A stretch of 64,000 nt of DNA. Source: a virus. The stretch is from the IMG/VR virus record IMGVR_UViG_3300007513_000007, positions 32,001 through 96,000 of that record, one strand, 5' to 3'. A model generated the notes under the pieces. The model searched no databases. It saw nothing but the letters and a program-made list of their open reading frames with translations, and was not told the origin of the DNA. How positions within the stretch are numbered: the first letter of the stretch is position 1; every line of letters begins with the position of its first letter. Shown in pieces: positions 1 through 8,376 of the stretch. The position numbers and the translations under genes are program-made.

Positions 1-299
1 TTGTAGATGATCTTCTGCCGCTTCTGGTCCACGGAGCCTTTGTCTGTAAGACGGCCCCACTGACGAAGCAGCTTGTAGCCACCGCCCTGTTCCGGGGTGA
101 TCAACTGCTCATAGAACTTGGAACTGTTCTTCGCTCGATCCAGGAACCAGACCATCGTGGCCATGCCGTCACGCACGGAGTTCTTATTCACGCCTGGGGT
201 AAGAGCGCCACGACGCGCTTCCTTCAGTAGTGGAAGCAGGTGGGCACGGAGTTCCGGCTTCTCGTAAGCCAGCTTGATGCAAGCGATGCGAAGGTTCAT
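1..299 (-). CDS. WGR-domain-like protein with N-terminal LxxxIKLA..PELR..LLPLL tag (runs off window start)
   Basis: Manual translation from ATG 299: MNLRIACIKLAYEKPELRAHLLPLLKEA...NSSKFYEQLI...YKLLRQWGRL; the N..KFY..L...WGR pattern matches WGR domains; RBS GGAG upstream. Confidence 0.75.
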   Translation of the reverse strand, partial: MNLRIACIKLAYEKPELRAHLLPLLKEARRGALTPGVNKNSVRDGMATMVWFLDRAKNSSKFYEQLITPEQGGGYKLLRQWGRLTDKGSVDQKRQKIIY

Positions 300-354
300 G
301 GGGTTCTCCAGAAATGTTTGCTGTTCGTTCGGTATAGGCTGTTGATTCAAGGGG

Positions 355-732
355 TTACCCGTCCACGTTTACAAAGGCGTAGACACGAGCACCGCTGGAA
401 TCAGGATCCAGGGCGACGACGAGGGAACCGGTGAGCGTTCTTTCGTAGTCCTCGGCGTTGGGGTCATCGTTCTCCATCGTGAGGTTAGAGAACATGCGGC
501 CACCCATCGCCTTCGTCACCTTTCGATCAATCTCCAGAGATCCGGGACGAGCCATCGGGTAGTGCTTCAAGAACATCTTTTCGATGTCCCGAGGTTTGAG
601 GTTGACTTCAAACTTCGAGAAGATCGGAACCTTGTCCACCGCCCCTTGCTTCAGGATCGGGAGGAGGTCCTCCCTAAGCTCAGGGCGGGCATGAGCCAGC
701 TTGATGAGCTTTTCGCGTAGGGGATCTGACAT
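355..732 (-). CDS. hypothetical protein with N-terminal LREKLIKLAHARPELREDLLPIL tag
   Basis: 125 aa ORF, RBS AAGGAG, shares leader with 1..299. Confidence 0.85.
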   Translation of the reverse strand: MSDPLREKLIKLAHARPELREDLLPILKQGAVDKVPIFSKFEVNLKPRDIEKMFLKHYPMARPGSLEIDRKVTKAMGGRMFSNLTMENDDPNAEDYERTLTGSLVVALDPDSSGARVYAFVNVDG

Positions 733-764
733 AGCAGGGTGCTCCTTCTCGGAACCCTACCGGA

Positions 765-779
765 ATAGACACTTCACCG
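765..779 (-). promoter_or_regulatory. class II motif CGGT-N7-CTAT (putative late promoter)
   Basis: CGGTGAAGTGTCTAT about 33 nt upstream of the 732 start. Confidence 0.55.
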
Positions 780-788
780 AAGCAGAGG

Positions 789-803
789 CGGTAAACCGCC
801 TAT
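789..803 (+). promoter_or_regulatory. class II motif CGGT-N7-CTAT (putative late promoter)
   Basis: CGGTAAACCGCCTAT upstream of the 850 start. Confidence 0.55.
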
Positions 804-849
804 CAAACACGGACGGTGGTAGCAGAACCACCTGATCCCTTGGAAGAAG

Positions 850-2028
850 ATGGAAAACCCCTCCTCTAATCGCGTAGCGACTGCCTTTTTACGGAAGGCC
901 CGTCACAGCATGAAGATCAGGGGCATGAGTCCCATCGACATGCTGGGCCGGATACGAGACCTCTCCGATTTGATCAAAGGTGGTGCTGACCATCTGTGGG
1001 AGGGGCGCAACACCCCTGATCCCACGCCTGCCCAGGTGAAGGCTTGGAGACAAGAGCGTAAAGCTCTCCTGGAGTTGTTTGGTCAGTTCGAGTTGGGTGC
1101 AGTGCATCTGCATGACATCAAGGACTGGAAGATGTACCAGAAGATGAAGGTGGCCTATGGCGGTTATCCGGGCGGCCCCGGTCAGTACGGGGACGCAACC
1201 GAGGACCCAAGCATCTACCATGAAGAGGAGGTGGACCCCTGCGAGGAGAACCCCGAGTACATCGGCATGTCACTGGATGATGTAGTTGGGTGTGCCCCCG
1301 ATGCGGTCGATGATTGGATGGAGGCTGCCGAAGGCGTCATGGCAGGCTTGAAAAGGCTCGGGTTCAAGGTGCGCGAGGGCAAGGATTGGCACGAGGACGG
1401 TCAACTCAGGATGAGGATTTTCATCCAGGGGCCGCTCGGAAAAGCCGAGATCGACATCACAGGGAACATCGACCCCAACGGACAACTCAAGAGGGGCTGG
1501 GGTCTTTACGCTGGGATCGTGAGGGGTGCCGACTGGTGGGACCTCAAGCATCTCAAGCACGGTGAGATCGAGATGGACGGCGGCAACGTCAGGCGGTTCG
1601 TCAAGAAGGTGCTGGATGTCTGGGCTGACGGCGGCATGAACCGCACCCGGAGGGCTTCTTCTAAGGCCAGTGCCGAGAGGGTCGCTGCCGCTTTCTTGAA
1701 GCAAGGATCATGGGAGATTCACAAGGAGTGGCAGGCTGCGTATCGTTCAGGGATGGGCGACATGCAGAAAAGATGGACCGCCCTACTCAATAAAGCAGGG
1801 CGACAGTTCAAGAAGGACGACTGGAAGCTGGAGCCTCAAAGCTGGCTTGGCCACTACAACCACGGCTCAGATGGCGCTCGCATGGACGGGATGTTGTTTT
1901 TTGAGGATCTCCGCAACGAGGCACGAGGCACACGCGAGACCGAAGACTGGCTGGAAGCGAACCTTGGCCTCAGCTACAACCTGACGGGTCGCGGCTACGG
2001 CAAGTGGTCCTTGAGCCTTGAAGAATAA
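850..2028 (+). CDS. multi-module hypothetical protein with two RVA tags
   Basis: 392 aa ORF; SSNRVATAFLRKA at N-terminus and SAERVAAAFLKQG internally. Confidence 0.85.
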   Translation: MENPSSNRVATAFLRKARHSMKIRGMSPIDMLGRIRDLSDLIKGGADHLWEGRNTPDPTPAQVKAWRQERKALLELFGQFELGAVHLHDIKDWKMYQKMKVAYGGYPGGPGQYGDATEDPSIYHEEEVDPCEENPEYIGMSLDDVVGCAPDAVDDWMEAAEGVMAGLKRLGFKVREGKDWHEDGQLRMRIFIQGPLGKAEIDITGNIDPNGQLKRGWGLYAGIVRGADWWDLKHLKHGEIEMDGGNVRRFVKKVLDVWADGGMNRTRRASSKASAERVAAAFLKQGSWEIHKEWQAAYRSGMGDMQKRWTALLNKAGRQFKKDDWKLEPQSWLGHYNHGSDGARMDGMLFFEDLRNEARGTRETEDWLEANLGLSYNLTGRGYGKWSLSLEE

Positions 2029-2251
2029 GGGAGTTCAGAATGTCTGAAGCAGGAATGGTTGCATGTAAGATCGGGCTTCAAGCTCCCGTAGCCGCCCCCG
2101 GCTGAAATCAGTTGGGCGTAGCTATCGCCGCTATGGGCATCAAGATCGACAACGCTACGATTGCCCAGCATGTCTGGGACGGTATCAAGTCCGGTTACAC
2201 GGAAGTAGACAGCCTGAGTGAATACCTGTGCCGGGAAATGGGCGCGGACGG

Positions 2252-2536
2252 CTAACCCTCGACCATGTTCAGGAGCACTTGCTCCCCTACTACGTCCTCG
2301 ATGGTGTCTGCGATATGGCACGCGGCCTCATCCAAGATCGTATCGGGTGCATAGTGGGCACGCGGGGACGGGACCCACTGACTCTTGAACACAGTGACCC
2401 AAGCAGCCGTGTTCTCGTTGTACTTCTGAATCATCGTGCGGATTCGGTTCTTACGGGCCTCAACACAGCACCGCAACGGAAGCACTATCTCTACGTCTTT
2501 GACGAGGTACGAAGTCTCCACCCACTTCGACTTCAC
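2252..2536 (-). CDS. hypothetical protein
   Basis: 94 aa ORF, protein-like composition; start uncertain. Confidence 0.5.
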   Translation of the reverse strand: MKSKWVETSYLVKDVEIVLPLRCCVEARKNRIRTMIQKYNENTAAWVTVFKSQWVPSPRAHYAPDTILDEAACHIADTIEDVVGEQVLLNMVEG

Positions 2537-2641
2537 AGAGCAAATCCAAAAACTTGAGCGGCTGGCATATACACCTCGGGGAGTCAGCCCTTTTGAATAC
2601 GGTTTTCGCCGTTCAGAAAGACCCCCCTCTGTGGAGGCGCT

Positions 2642-3070
2642 TTATCTCCAGAGTTGAACCGTAGGGGGCTTGCCTTCGCCTCCCCAGGAAACCGACACAG
2701 CGATTCGGATGTAGCCTTTCCATGCTCGAATCTCCATTTCGTTGCCGACCATCCCTTCGTACCGATTCATTCCACCACGGCCCCATCCTTCCTTCTTCAG
2801 CTTCTTGATCTTGGCCAAGGCGCGGGCCATAGCATCCCACTCCTCCTTCACCCTGACCTCATGCGTGACGACCCTGGTCATGGACTCAAGCGTGTACTCG
2901 TGCCTGCCCGTTTGGCTGTCTACGCCCTGGTAGATGAAAGACCGTGTCCAGCCCTTTGCGGTCTTTTTCAAACCTGAAAGGATAGTCCTACGCTCCTCCG
3001 AACCTTTGGGGAGAGTAGAAGCGAGTCGAATGAGCTTCTTACGATCAGATCCGGTAAGGGTTTTAGACAT
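2642..3070 (-). CDS. hypothetical protein with N-terminal DRKKLIRLAS..PKGS.ERR.IL.GL tag
   Basis: 142 aa ORF; leader nearly identical to 3143..3433 but the body is unrelated. Confidence 0.85.
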   Translation of the reverse strand: MSKTLTGSDRKKLIRLASTLPKGSEERRTILSGLKKTAKGWTRSFIYQGVDSQTGRHEYTLESMTRVVTHEVRVKEEWDAMARALAKIKKLKKEGWGRGGMNRYEGMVGNEMEIRAWKGYIRIAVSVSWGGEGKPPTVQLWR

Positions 3071-3142
3071 AGGGGATTTCCTACAGGGTGTTTGTACTTG
3101 TGTCGGGGCAATAGGGAATCAACCAAGTTCGCGGAGCCATGC

Positions 3143-3433
3143 TTACTTACCAAACGCACCGCGAATGTCTCGGAAAGCGAGTTCCACAGCAGCTTCAGCC
3201 AGACGGTAAGCGTCTGGGCCGTAGACCCCATGCTTCTGCAAAGCAGGGTACATCACGTCGTACCATGCTTTCTTGGGTGACAGTCGCGCAGTCTTGTCGG
3301 TTTTTGGCTGAACCACACCCGAAGCCTTAGACAATCCAGCGAGGATAGCCTTACGCTCGGGGGAACCCTTCTCCATCGTGGAGGCGAGTCGAATGAGGGT
3401 TTTTCGATCTGAAGCGGTGAGGGTTTTAGACAT
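3143..3433 (-). CDS. hypothetical protein with N-terminal DRKTLIRLAS tag
   Basis: 96 aa ORF; duplicated 5-prime cassette shared with 2642..3070. Confidence 0.85.
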   Translation of the reverse strand: MSKTLTASDRKTLIRLASTMEKGSPERKAILAGLSKASGVVQPKTDKTARLSPKKAWYDVMYPALQKHGVYGPDAYRLAEAAVELAFRDIRGAFGK

Positions 3434-3488
3434 AGGGGATTTCCTATACGCAAGGGATTGGTTCTACCTTTGCTGGGCAATAGGGAAC

Positions 3489-3665
3489 CTACTGGTCAGT
3501 CTTGGGACGGGCGTCCTGCTCACTCTTGTTGAAAAGGTCGCCCTGTTCCCCCAAGCGTTGGAAAGCAGCAGAGGGATCTCGGGTCTGTGGCTTCTTGGGT
3601 GCCGTTCGCACCCGTTTCGTCACCACCTCAATCTCTTTGCCTTGTCTGTCCTTGATGATCTTCAT
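3489..3665 (-). CDS. small basic hypothetical protein (58 aa)
   Basis: Manual translation MKIIKDRQGKEIEVVTKRVR...; GAGG upstream; below ORF-track cutoff. Confidence 0.55.
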   Translation of the reverse strand: MKIIKDRQGKEIEVVTKRVRTAPKKPQTRDPSAAFQRLGEQGDLFNKSEQDARPKTDQ

Positions 3666-4033
3666 GTTGTTGTAGCCTCGCCTAAAAGGGTTTGAAAACA
3701 GTCTGCGATTTTCAATGCGGTTTCAATGTGCTGGATTTGAGCAAGATAGGGGTCCCAAAAAGTTTTCTGCGCGGTTCTACAAGGCTGTCCGTTGAAGGTC
3801 CTCGTTCGACTTGGCGAAGGCTCGCCTCATCCTTCGGGTGCCCTACGCCTCTCCCCAAGAACAGGTACGCCATGCAAGCCACGCGATCCCCGCAGGGACG
3901 TTACGCACGACGTACTCTGCATGGTCGGCACTGTGGGTGGAGGTGATGCAGCCGCGTAGCCATGCCAGGGCCAACGCCAACTCATCAGCCGTACCGCTGG
4001 CACCGCAGATCACCGCAGACACAGAGGCCCCAA

Positions 4034-4175
4034 GTTCGTTCGTTCGTTCGTCTTTTACGTCGTCACTCATAATGTTGAAATCCTCGGTTCCCATCTGATT
4101 CGTGTTCGTTCGAGTCGAACGAACGCGAACGAACTCAGAGCGGGTAGCTGTTCTCCCTGACTCGAACGAACGAAC
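4034..4175. repeat. GTTC/GAAC tetramer runs in inverted arrangement
   Basis: (GTTC)4 at 4034-4049; palindrome GTTCGTTCG-AGT-CGAACGAAC at 4104-4124; (GAAC)3 at 4164-4175. Confidence 0.8.
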
Positions 4176-4350
4176 ATGCAGTCATCCGCAGCGAGGACAG
4201 GGGTGATGGTGTGTGCCGTGGGTTAGGGTGTGACGGCAAGGTCGGATCTTGCGAAGCCTCTGATACATGCCCGAGGCCCTGGCCCGCTCCTGGTAGTGGG
4301 GCAACACTACACAGGTCACTGACACCACGTCTTACCCTCTCTCCCACTAT

Positions 4351-4824
4351 CTACCCTCCCAAGGTAGACTTGAACGATACCCGTGGAGTCGGGTCCCTGT
4401 ACTCGATGGACTTGAGCAGCAGGTCACGGACTCCCGTAGAAGCCACCCTGGACTCGATGAGGTCAGGGAAGTTCTTACGGGGCTTATGCGTCACCACAGT
4501 CTCGAAGTAGGCCGAGAACTGGTCAGCACCCAGCAGAGCGATGAGGCTCTCGGTGTCAGCCGACTTGGCGAGTTTGACAGTCTTGCGGGGAATGGTGACC
4601 TTGACTTGGCCATCAGTGACAGGGAACTCATGGGTATAGGGGAGTTCACCCCCATTCCAGGTGTCTGCCACCTCTTCCCGCAGCCGGGTCTTCAGGGGTT
4701 CCAGGGCTGCCTGGATCTGGTCACCGATAGCAGCCAAGGCCAGAGCACTGGCTGCCACCTGTTCAGGGGTGCCGGTAGACACCAGCTTTCCTGCATCCTG
4801 GATCATTTCACGGATTGAGGACAT
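4351..4824 (-). CDS. hypothetical protein
   Basis: 157 aa ORF with RBS GAGGT. Confidence 0.8.
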   Translation of the reverse strand: MSSIREMIQDAGKLVSTGTPEQVAASALALAAIGDQIQAALEPLKTRLREEVADTWNGGELPYTHEFPVTDGQVKVTIPRKTVKLAKSADTESLIALLGADQFSAYFETVVTHKPRKNFPDLIESRVASTGVRDLLLKSIEYRDPTPRVSFKSTLGG

Positions 4825-4861
4825 GGTTTACCTCTACTGGTAGGGAGCCTACTGCTGGGAA

Positions 4862-5755
4862 TCAGCAGCAGGACTCATGGAACAGTCCCTTGCCCGGAAT
4901 GTGGATAGCGCCCTCTCCCTTGGAGATGATGCCGCCACAGGTGGAGCAGGGGGAATCGAAGTAGGCTTTGAGGGAGGTAGCACCCTCGGGAAGCGTCTTG
5001 TTGGCTTCAGGCTGGGCTGCTTCCGGCTCCTCTTCCTCGACCACAGGGGGAGTAGGAAGGATGCCACTGTTGGCTGCCTGCTCCCGAAGGCTCTGCTCGA
5101 AGCTGGCATCAGCCTGCTCCAGCAGGGAGGCCATCGTGGTGACAGCAGCAGCCTTGCAGGCTTCCAGCAAGGGGCAACCCTCACAGGACTTGGAGCGGGT
5201 AGAGAAGTGGCCGTAGCACCGGGTGCTCTCGATCTGGAGCCGATGCAGGTAGGCGTCTTCCACGACGTGCTGGCTCTTCTCCACAGGGGGAAGCCAGCAG
5301 ACACCCTCGTTGACTGCTTCTACAGTCAGGGTCTCGATGGCAGGAAGGGTAGCCTCTGCTGCCTCGTCCACGACGGGAGCCTCGGGAACCGTGTTCTCCA
5401 CCTCGTGAGGAGTGCTCTCATCACGGTAGGGGGTCTGGCTCTTGATGAGGTCCACACCAGCCTGGGTAGCCGCGTAGTAGCGACGACGAGGGCACTCGAT
5501 GAGAAACTCTTGCTTGAGGACACCAGCAGTCAGGGTGACTGCACGCTGGGCCTTGGGGTAGTTGGCGTTCTGGCCGCTACGGGTGGTCCCGTAAGCCATC
5601 CAGTCGATGCCGGGAACCAGAGTCTCGATGAAGTGGATGAGCCGGTCCCAGCCGACTTCGCGACCAGGGGCATAGCCGCTGGCTTCTACGATGGCGTGAA
5701 GGACGATGAGCCGCCACTGCTTGGGATAGTGGGCTTGGGGCTGGGAGTAGGTCAT
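4862..5755 (-). CDS. hypothetical protein, winged-helix-like N-terminus and Cys-rich modules
   Basis: 297 aa ORF; CYGH..C.GC...C and C-terminal CSTCGG..HESCC; RBS AGGAG. Confidence 0.8.
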   Translation of the reverse strand: MTYSQPQAHYPKQWRLIVLHAIVEASGYAPGREVGWDRLIHFIETLVPGIDWMAYGTTRSGQNANYPKAQRAVTLTAGVLKQEFLIECPRRRYYAATQAGVDLIKSQTPYRDESTPHEVENTVPEAPVVDEAAEATLPAIETLTVEAVNEGVCWLPPVEKSQHVVEDAYLHRLQIESTRCYGHFSTRSKSCEGCPLLEACKAAAVTTMASLLEQADASFEQSLREQAANSGILPTPPVVEEEEPEAAQPEANKTLPEGATSLKAYFDSPCSTCGGIISKGEGAIHIPGKGLFHESCC

Positions 5756-5824
5756 GTTCTCGGTCTCCTGTGGCCTGCTCCCGAAGGATGAGGCGAGAGG
5801 GTTGGGGTAGTGGGTCTTTCTCTA

Positions 5825-5852
5825 TACGAGGTGAAGGGGGGCGGGGAACCCC
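5825..5852 (-). promoter_or_regulatory. class I promoter motif GGGGTTCC-N16-CGTA
   Basis: exact match upstream of 5755. Confidence 0.8.
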
Positions 5853-5864
5853 CCTTCAGGGGGA

Positions 5865-7064
5865 TTAGTAGCTCTCCTCATCCAGAGCGCCACCAGACAG
5901 ATGGGGGTCGATGAGCCGACGGGCGATGAGCCGGTTGTCAGCATCCAGCTTGTGGGTCCAGGCGCGGAAGGCCCGAGCACCGAACTTGGAGGGCATCGAA
6001 TCGTCCCGGCGAAGCATACGCTCTGCACGGGAGAGGACCGAGCACAGGGCACGGTGGCTGAACTCTGCGTAAAGCTCATCCTTGTCGATGGCTTCGCGGA
6101 GAGCGCGAGTAGCGTTACCCACCTGCTCGATGAACTGGGGAGCCTTCTCGGCCAGGGCCGGGAACTTCTCACGGACGATGATGACCTCATCATCCCAGTG
6201 GAGGTAGGCGAACTGAACGGCGCTGTCGAAGCGGTCCAGGATGGAGGCGTCCAGGCAGCCTGCGCTGACCATACGGCCACGGTCATCACCGGAGCCATTG
6301 GTGTTGGCAGTAGCCACGAACTGCGTTCCGGGGAACACGCTCACGACCTCACCCTCGGGTCCGACGATACGGCCCTGCGTGCTGTCCATGAGCAGCCGAA
6401 GCCACTCGACCTGTGCCGGGTCAGCCCGGTCGAGGTCGGTGAGCACCACGATGGCGGGGCGAGCCACACCGTCACGGCCCATGACACCCTTGGTCACGAC
6501 GTTCCAGAGGTGGCCGAAGTCCCAGCCAGTGCCGTCCTTGTCCATCGAACGCTGGTAGAACCAGGGGCCAATGTCACGGTCAGGAACGATGTTGTTCATG
6601 ACGAGGGGCTTGCGAGCCATGCCAGAGAGGGCCAGCAGGAAGCCGTCCTTTCCGGTTCCGGGGAAGCCCCAGATGTAGACGTTGAGGCCATCAAGAATGT
6701 CCATGATGGCATCCTTCATCATTTCGCGGGCCTTACCCTTGGTGGGGAAGCGGTACGCCTCGGGGATCATGGCGCAGGTATCGGGGTCTGCACCAGCATC
6801 CACCTCGACCTTGAAGCCACAGGCATCGAAGGTCAGGTTGTCGATACCGGGGGCTGCGTTCCGACGCATACCCTTGAACTCGGTCTCGACATGGTCGAGG
6901 TAGTCCTGGCTCACCGTGGGAGCCTTGGGGTACGCAGCGACATACTCGTGCAGAGTCATGCCGTGGTCAGCCGCGAGGTGCGGTCCCAGGAAGTGAGACT
7001 TGTGCCCACAGCCGTCTACTTGGCACTCGGGGCGGGGGTCGATGAGCTTGGGGGTCGGGGTCAT
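5865..7064 (-). CDS. MoxR/CobS-like AAA+ ATPase with N-terminal Zn-finger-like segment
   Basis: Walker A GFPGTGKD, Walker B-like VVLTDLDR, ATANTNG sensor, LDASILDRF; N-terminal C..DGCGH..HL..DHGMTL.EY..YP. Confidence 0.9.
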   Translation of the reverse strand: MTPTPKLIDPRPECQVDGCGHKSHFLGPHLAADHGMTLHEYVAAYPKAPTVSQDYLDHVETEFKGMRRNAAPGIDNLTFDACGFKVEVDAGADPDTCAMIPEAYRFPTKGKAREMMKDAIMDILDGLNVYIWGFPGTGKDGFLLALSGMARKPLVMNNIVPDRDIGPWFYQRSMDKDGTGWDFGHLWNVVTKGVMGRDGVARPAIVVLTDLDRADPAQVEWLRLLMDSTQGRIVGPEGEVVSVFPGTQFVATANTNGSGDDRGRMVSAGCLDASILDRFDSAVQFAYLHWDDEVIIVREKFPALAEKAPQFIEQVGNATRALREAIDKDELYAEFSHRALCSVLSRAERMLRRDDSMPSKFGARAFRAWTHKLDADNRLIARRLIDPHLSGGALDEESY

Positions 7065-7125
7065 GGTCTGAATCTCCTATGAGCCTTGCTTTCGCTGGGC
7101 TACCAGGGTTGCTGTTCTCTCTCAC

Positions 7126-7153
7126 TACGGGGTGCCAGCCGAGGGGGAACCCC
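7126..7153 (-). promoter_or_regulatory. class I promoter motif
   Basis: exact match upstream of 7064. Confidence 0.8.
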
Positions 7154-7154
7154 C

Positions 7155-7295
7155 CTAACTAACTTTCACCGCCACAATATGCGGAGCATAGCCTTGGGCA
7201 ATCTCCTTGAACTCGGCCTTGCCGAAATGGGAATGGCACTTCCTGGTGCTCCAATGCACCGTCTTGCCGCTGTCGATGAACGTGATCTCCCACAT
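7155..7295 (-). CDS. small hypothetical protein (46 aa)
   Basis: MWEITFIDSGKTVHW...; RBS AGGAG. Confidence 0.65.
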   Translation of the reverse strand: MWEITFIDSGKTVHWSTRKCHSHFGKAEFKEIAQGYAPHIVAVKVS

Positions 7296-7305
7296 GGGGT
7301 ATCTC

Positions 7306-7476
7306 CTAAATACTGAAGTCGATGATGGCGATGCCGCGCTTGGGAGGGTCCTCGGAAGGGCGCTCCTGCTGCTCTTGGGGCCGACGAGGCTGCGGGGCAT
7401 GGATAGCGGGGCGCTCGCGCTCCTCACGGTTCTCACGCTCTTGTCGCAGTTTCTCGATTTGCCAGGGTTGAAGCAT
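7306..7476 (-). CDS. small charged hypothetical protein (56 aa)
   Basis: MLQPWQIEKLRQERE...; RBS AGGAG; class I motif upstream. Confidence 0.7.
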   Translation of the reverse strand: MLQPWQIEKLRQERENREERERPAIHAPQPRRPQEQQERPSEDPPKRGIAIIDFSI

Positions 7477-7497
7477 CGTTGAATCTCCTGCGCTCCT

Positions 7498-7525
7498 TAC
7501 GGGCCACGAAGGGGGCCGGAACCCC
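7498..7525 (-). promoter_or_regulatory. class I promoter motif
   Basis: exact match upstream of 7476. Confidence 0.8.
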
Positions 7526-7533
7526 CCTCGCAA

Positions 7534-7671
7534 CTACCGACCGAAGATGGCGTCTCCACGACGAATCTTGAAGATGCGGTAGATGTCCGCACGGACCTTG
7601 CCATCCTGTCCCACGGGGAGACGAACGAACACGGTACGACCGTTGACGGAAACCATAGTGAGCTTGGTCAT
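7534..7671 (-). CDS. small hypothetical protein (45 aa)
   Basis: MTKLTMVSVNGRTVFVRLP...; RBS AAGGAGG. Confidence 0.7.
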   Translation of the reverse strand: MTKLTMVSVNGRTVFVRLPVGQDGKVRADIYRIFKIRRGDAIFGR

Positions 7672-7691
7672 GACGACCTCCTTTCCCACTC

Positions 7692-7719
7692 TACGGGACA
7701 GTGCTGATTCGGGAACCCC
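7692..7719 (-). promoter_or_regulatory. class I promoter motif overlapped by a 12-bp inverted repeat
   Basis: exact match upstream of 7671; TGCTGATTCGGG/CCCGAATCAGCA at 7702-7730. Confidence 0.8.
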
Positions 7720-7808
7720 CCGAATCAGCAATCCAGGACCGCGCTGACAGCAACCGAGGATTTCAACACCACGGCGAGCTACCGCCGCGCCAACAAAGTT
7801 GCGCGACG

Positions 7809-7836
7809 GGGGTTCCCGCTACGCACAACTCCCGTA
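7809..7836 (+). promoter_or_regulatory. class I promoter motif
   Basis: exact match upstream of 7859. Confidence 0.8.
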
Positions 7837-7858
7837 GTGAGTCCATCAGGAGATCCCA

Positions 7859-8317
7859 ATGCTCATCAACGACGCCATCGTAGACCCCGCTGACATGATC
7901 GTGCCCGAGGTACGCTTCGCTGACAGCTATGAGGGGTCCCGTACCCCGAACCGGATCCGCTTCTGCGGTCGCTACGGTGACGGCTACAGTGCTGACTTCC
8001 TCTACCACCGGGGAACCGGCGTTGTCGTCCGTAAGGAAGAGGACGGCCTCTGGCGTGCGTCCTACAACGGTCGCCCCTCTATCTGGAATGGCTGGGTCCG
8101 AGAGACTCGCCCTTACATGGGCACGGGACTCTCCCTGTCCTGTAGCTGCCCCCGCGTGAAGCTCACCCAGGGCTTCAGGACTCGTCGGGAAGCTGCTCTT
8201 GCTGGTCTGGCCGTCGTCCGTAAGGAAGAGGCCCTCTGCCGCAACAGTGAGCGTGTGGACCGCAACCGCATCCGTAACAAGGCCGTGCTCACGAAGGATG
8301 GATGGCTGTATTCTTGA
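7859..8317 (+). CDS. hypothetical protein
   Basis: 152 aa ORF, RBS AGGAG. Confidence 0.8.
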   Translation: MLINDAIVDPADMIVPEVRFADSYEGSRTPNRIRFCGRYGDGYSADFLYHRGTGVVVRKEEDGLWRASYNGRPSIWNGWVRETRPYMGTGLSLSCSCPRVKLTQGFRTRREAALAGLAVVRKEEALCRNSERVDRNRIRNKAVLTKDGWLYS

Positions 8318-8320
8318 TGG

Positions 8321-8348
8321 GGGGTTCCCTGTCAGAAGTCGCCCCGTA
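8321..8348 (+). promoter_or_regulatory. class I promoter motif
   Basis: exact match upstream of 8377. Confidence 0.8.
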
Positions 8349-8376
8349 GTGAGTCTACAAGTTCAAGGAGAACCCA

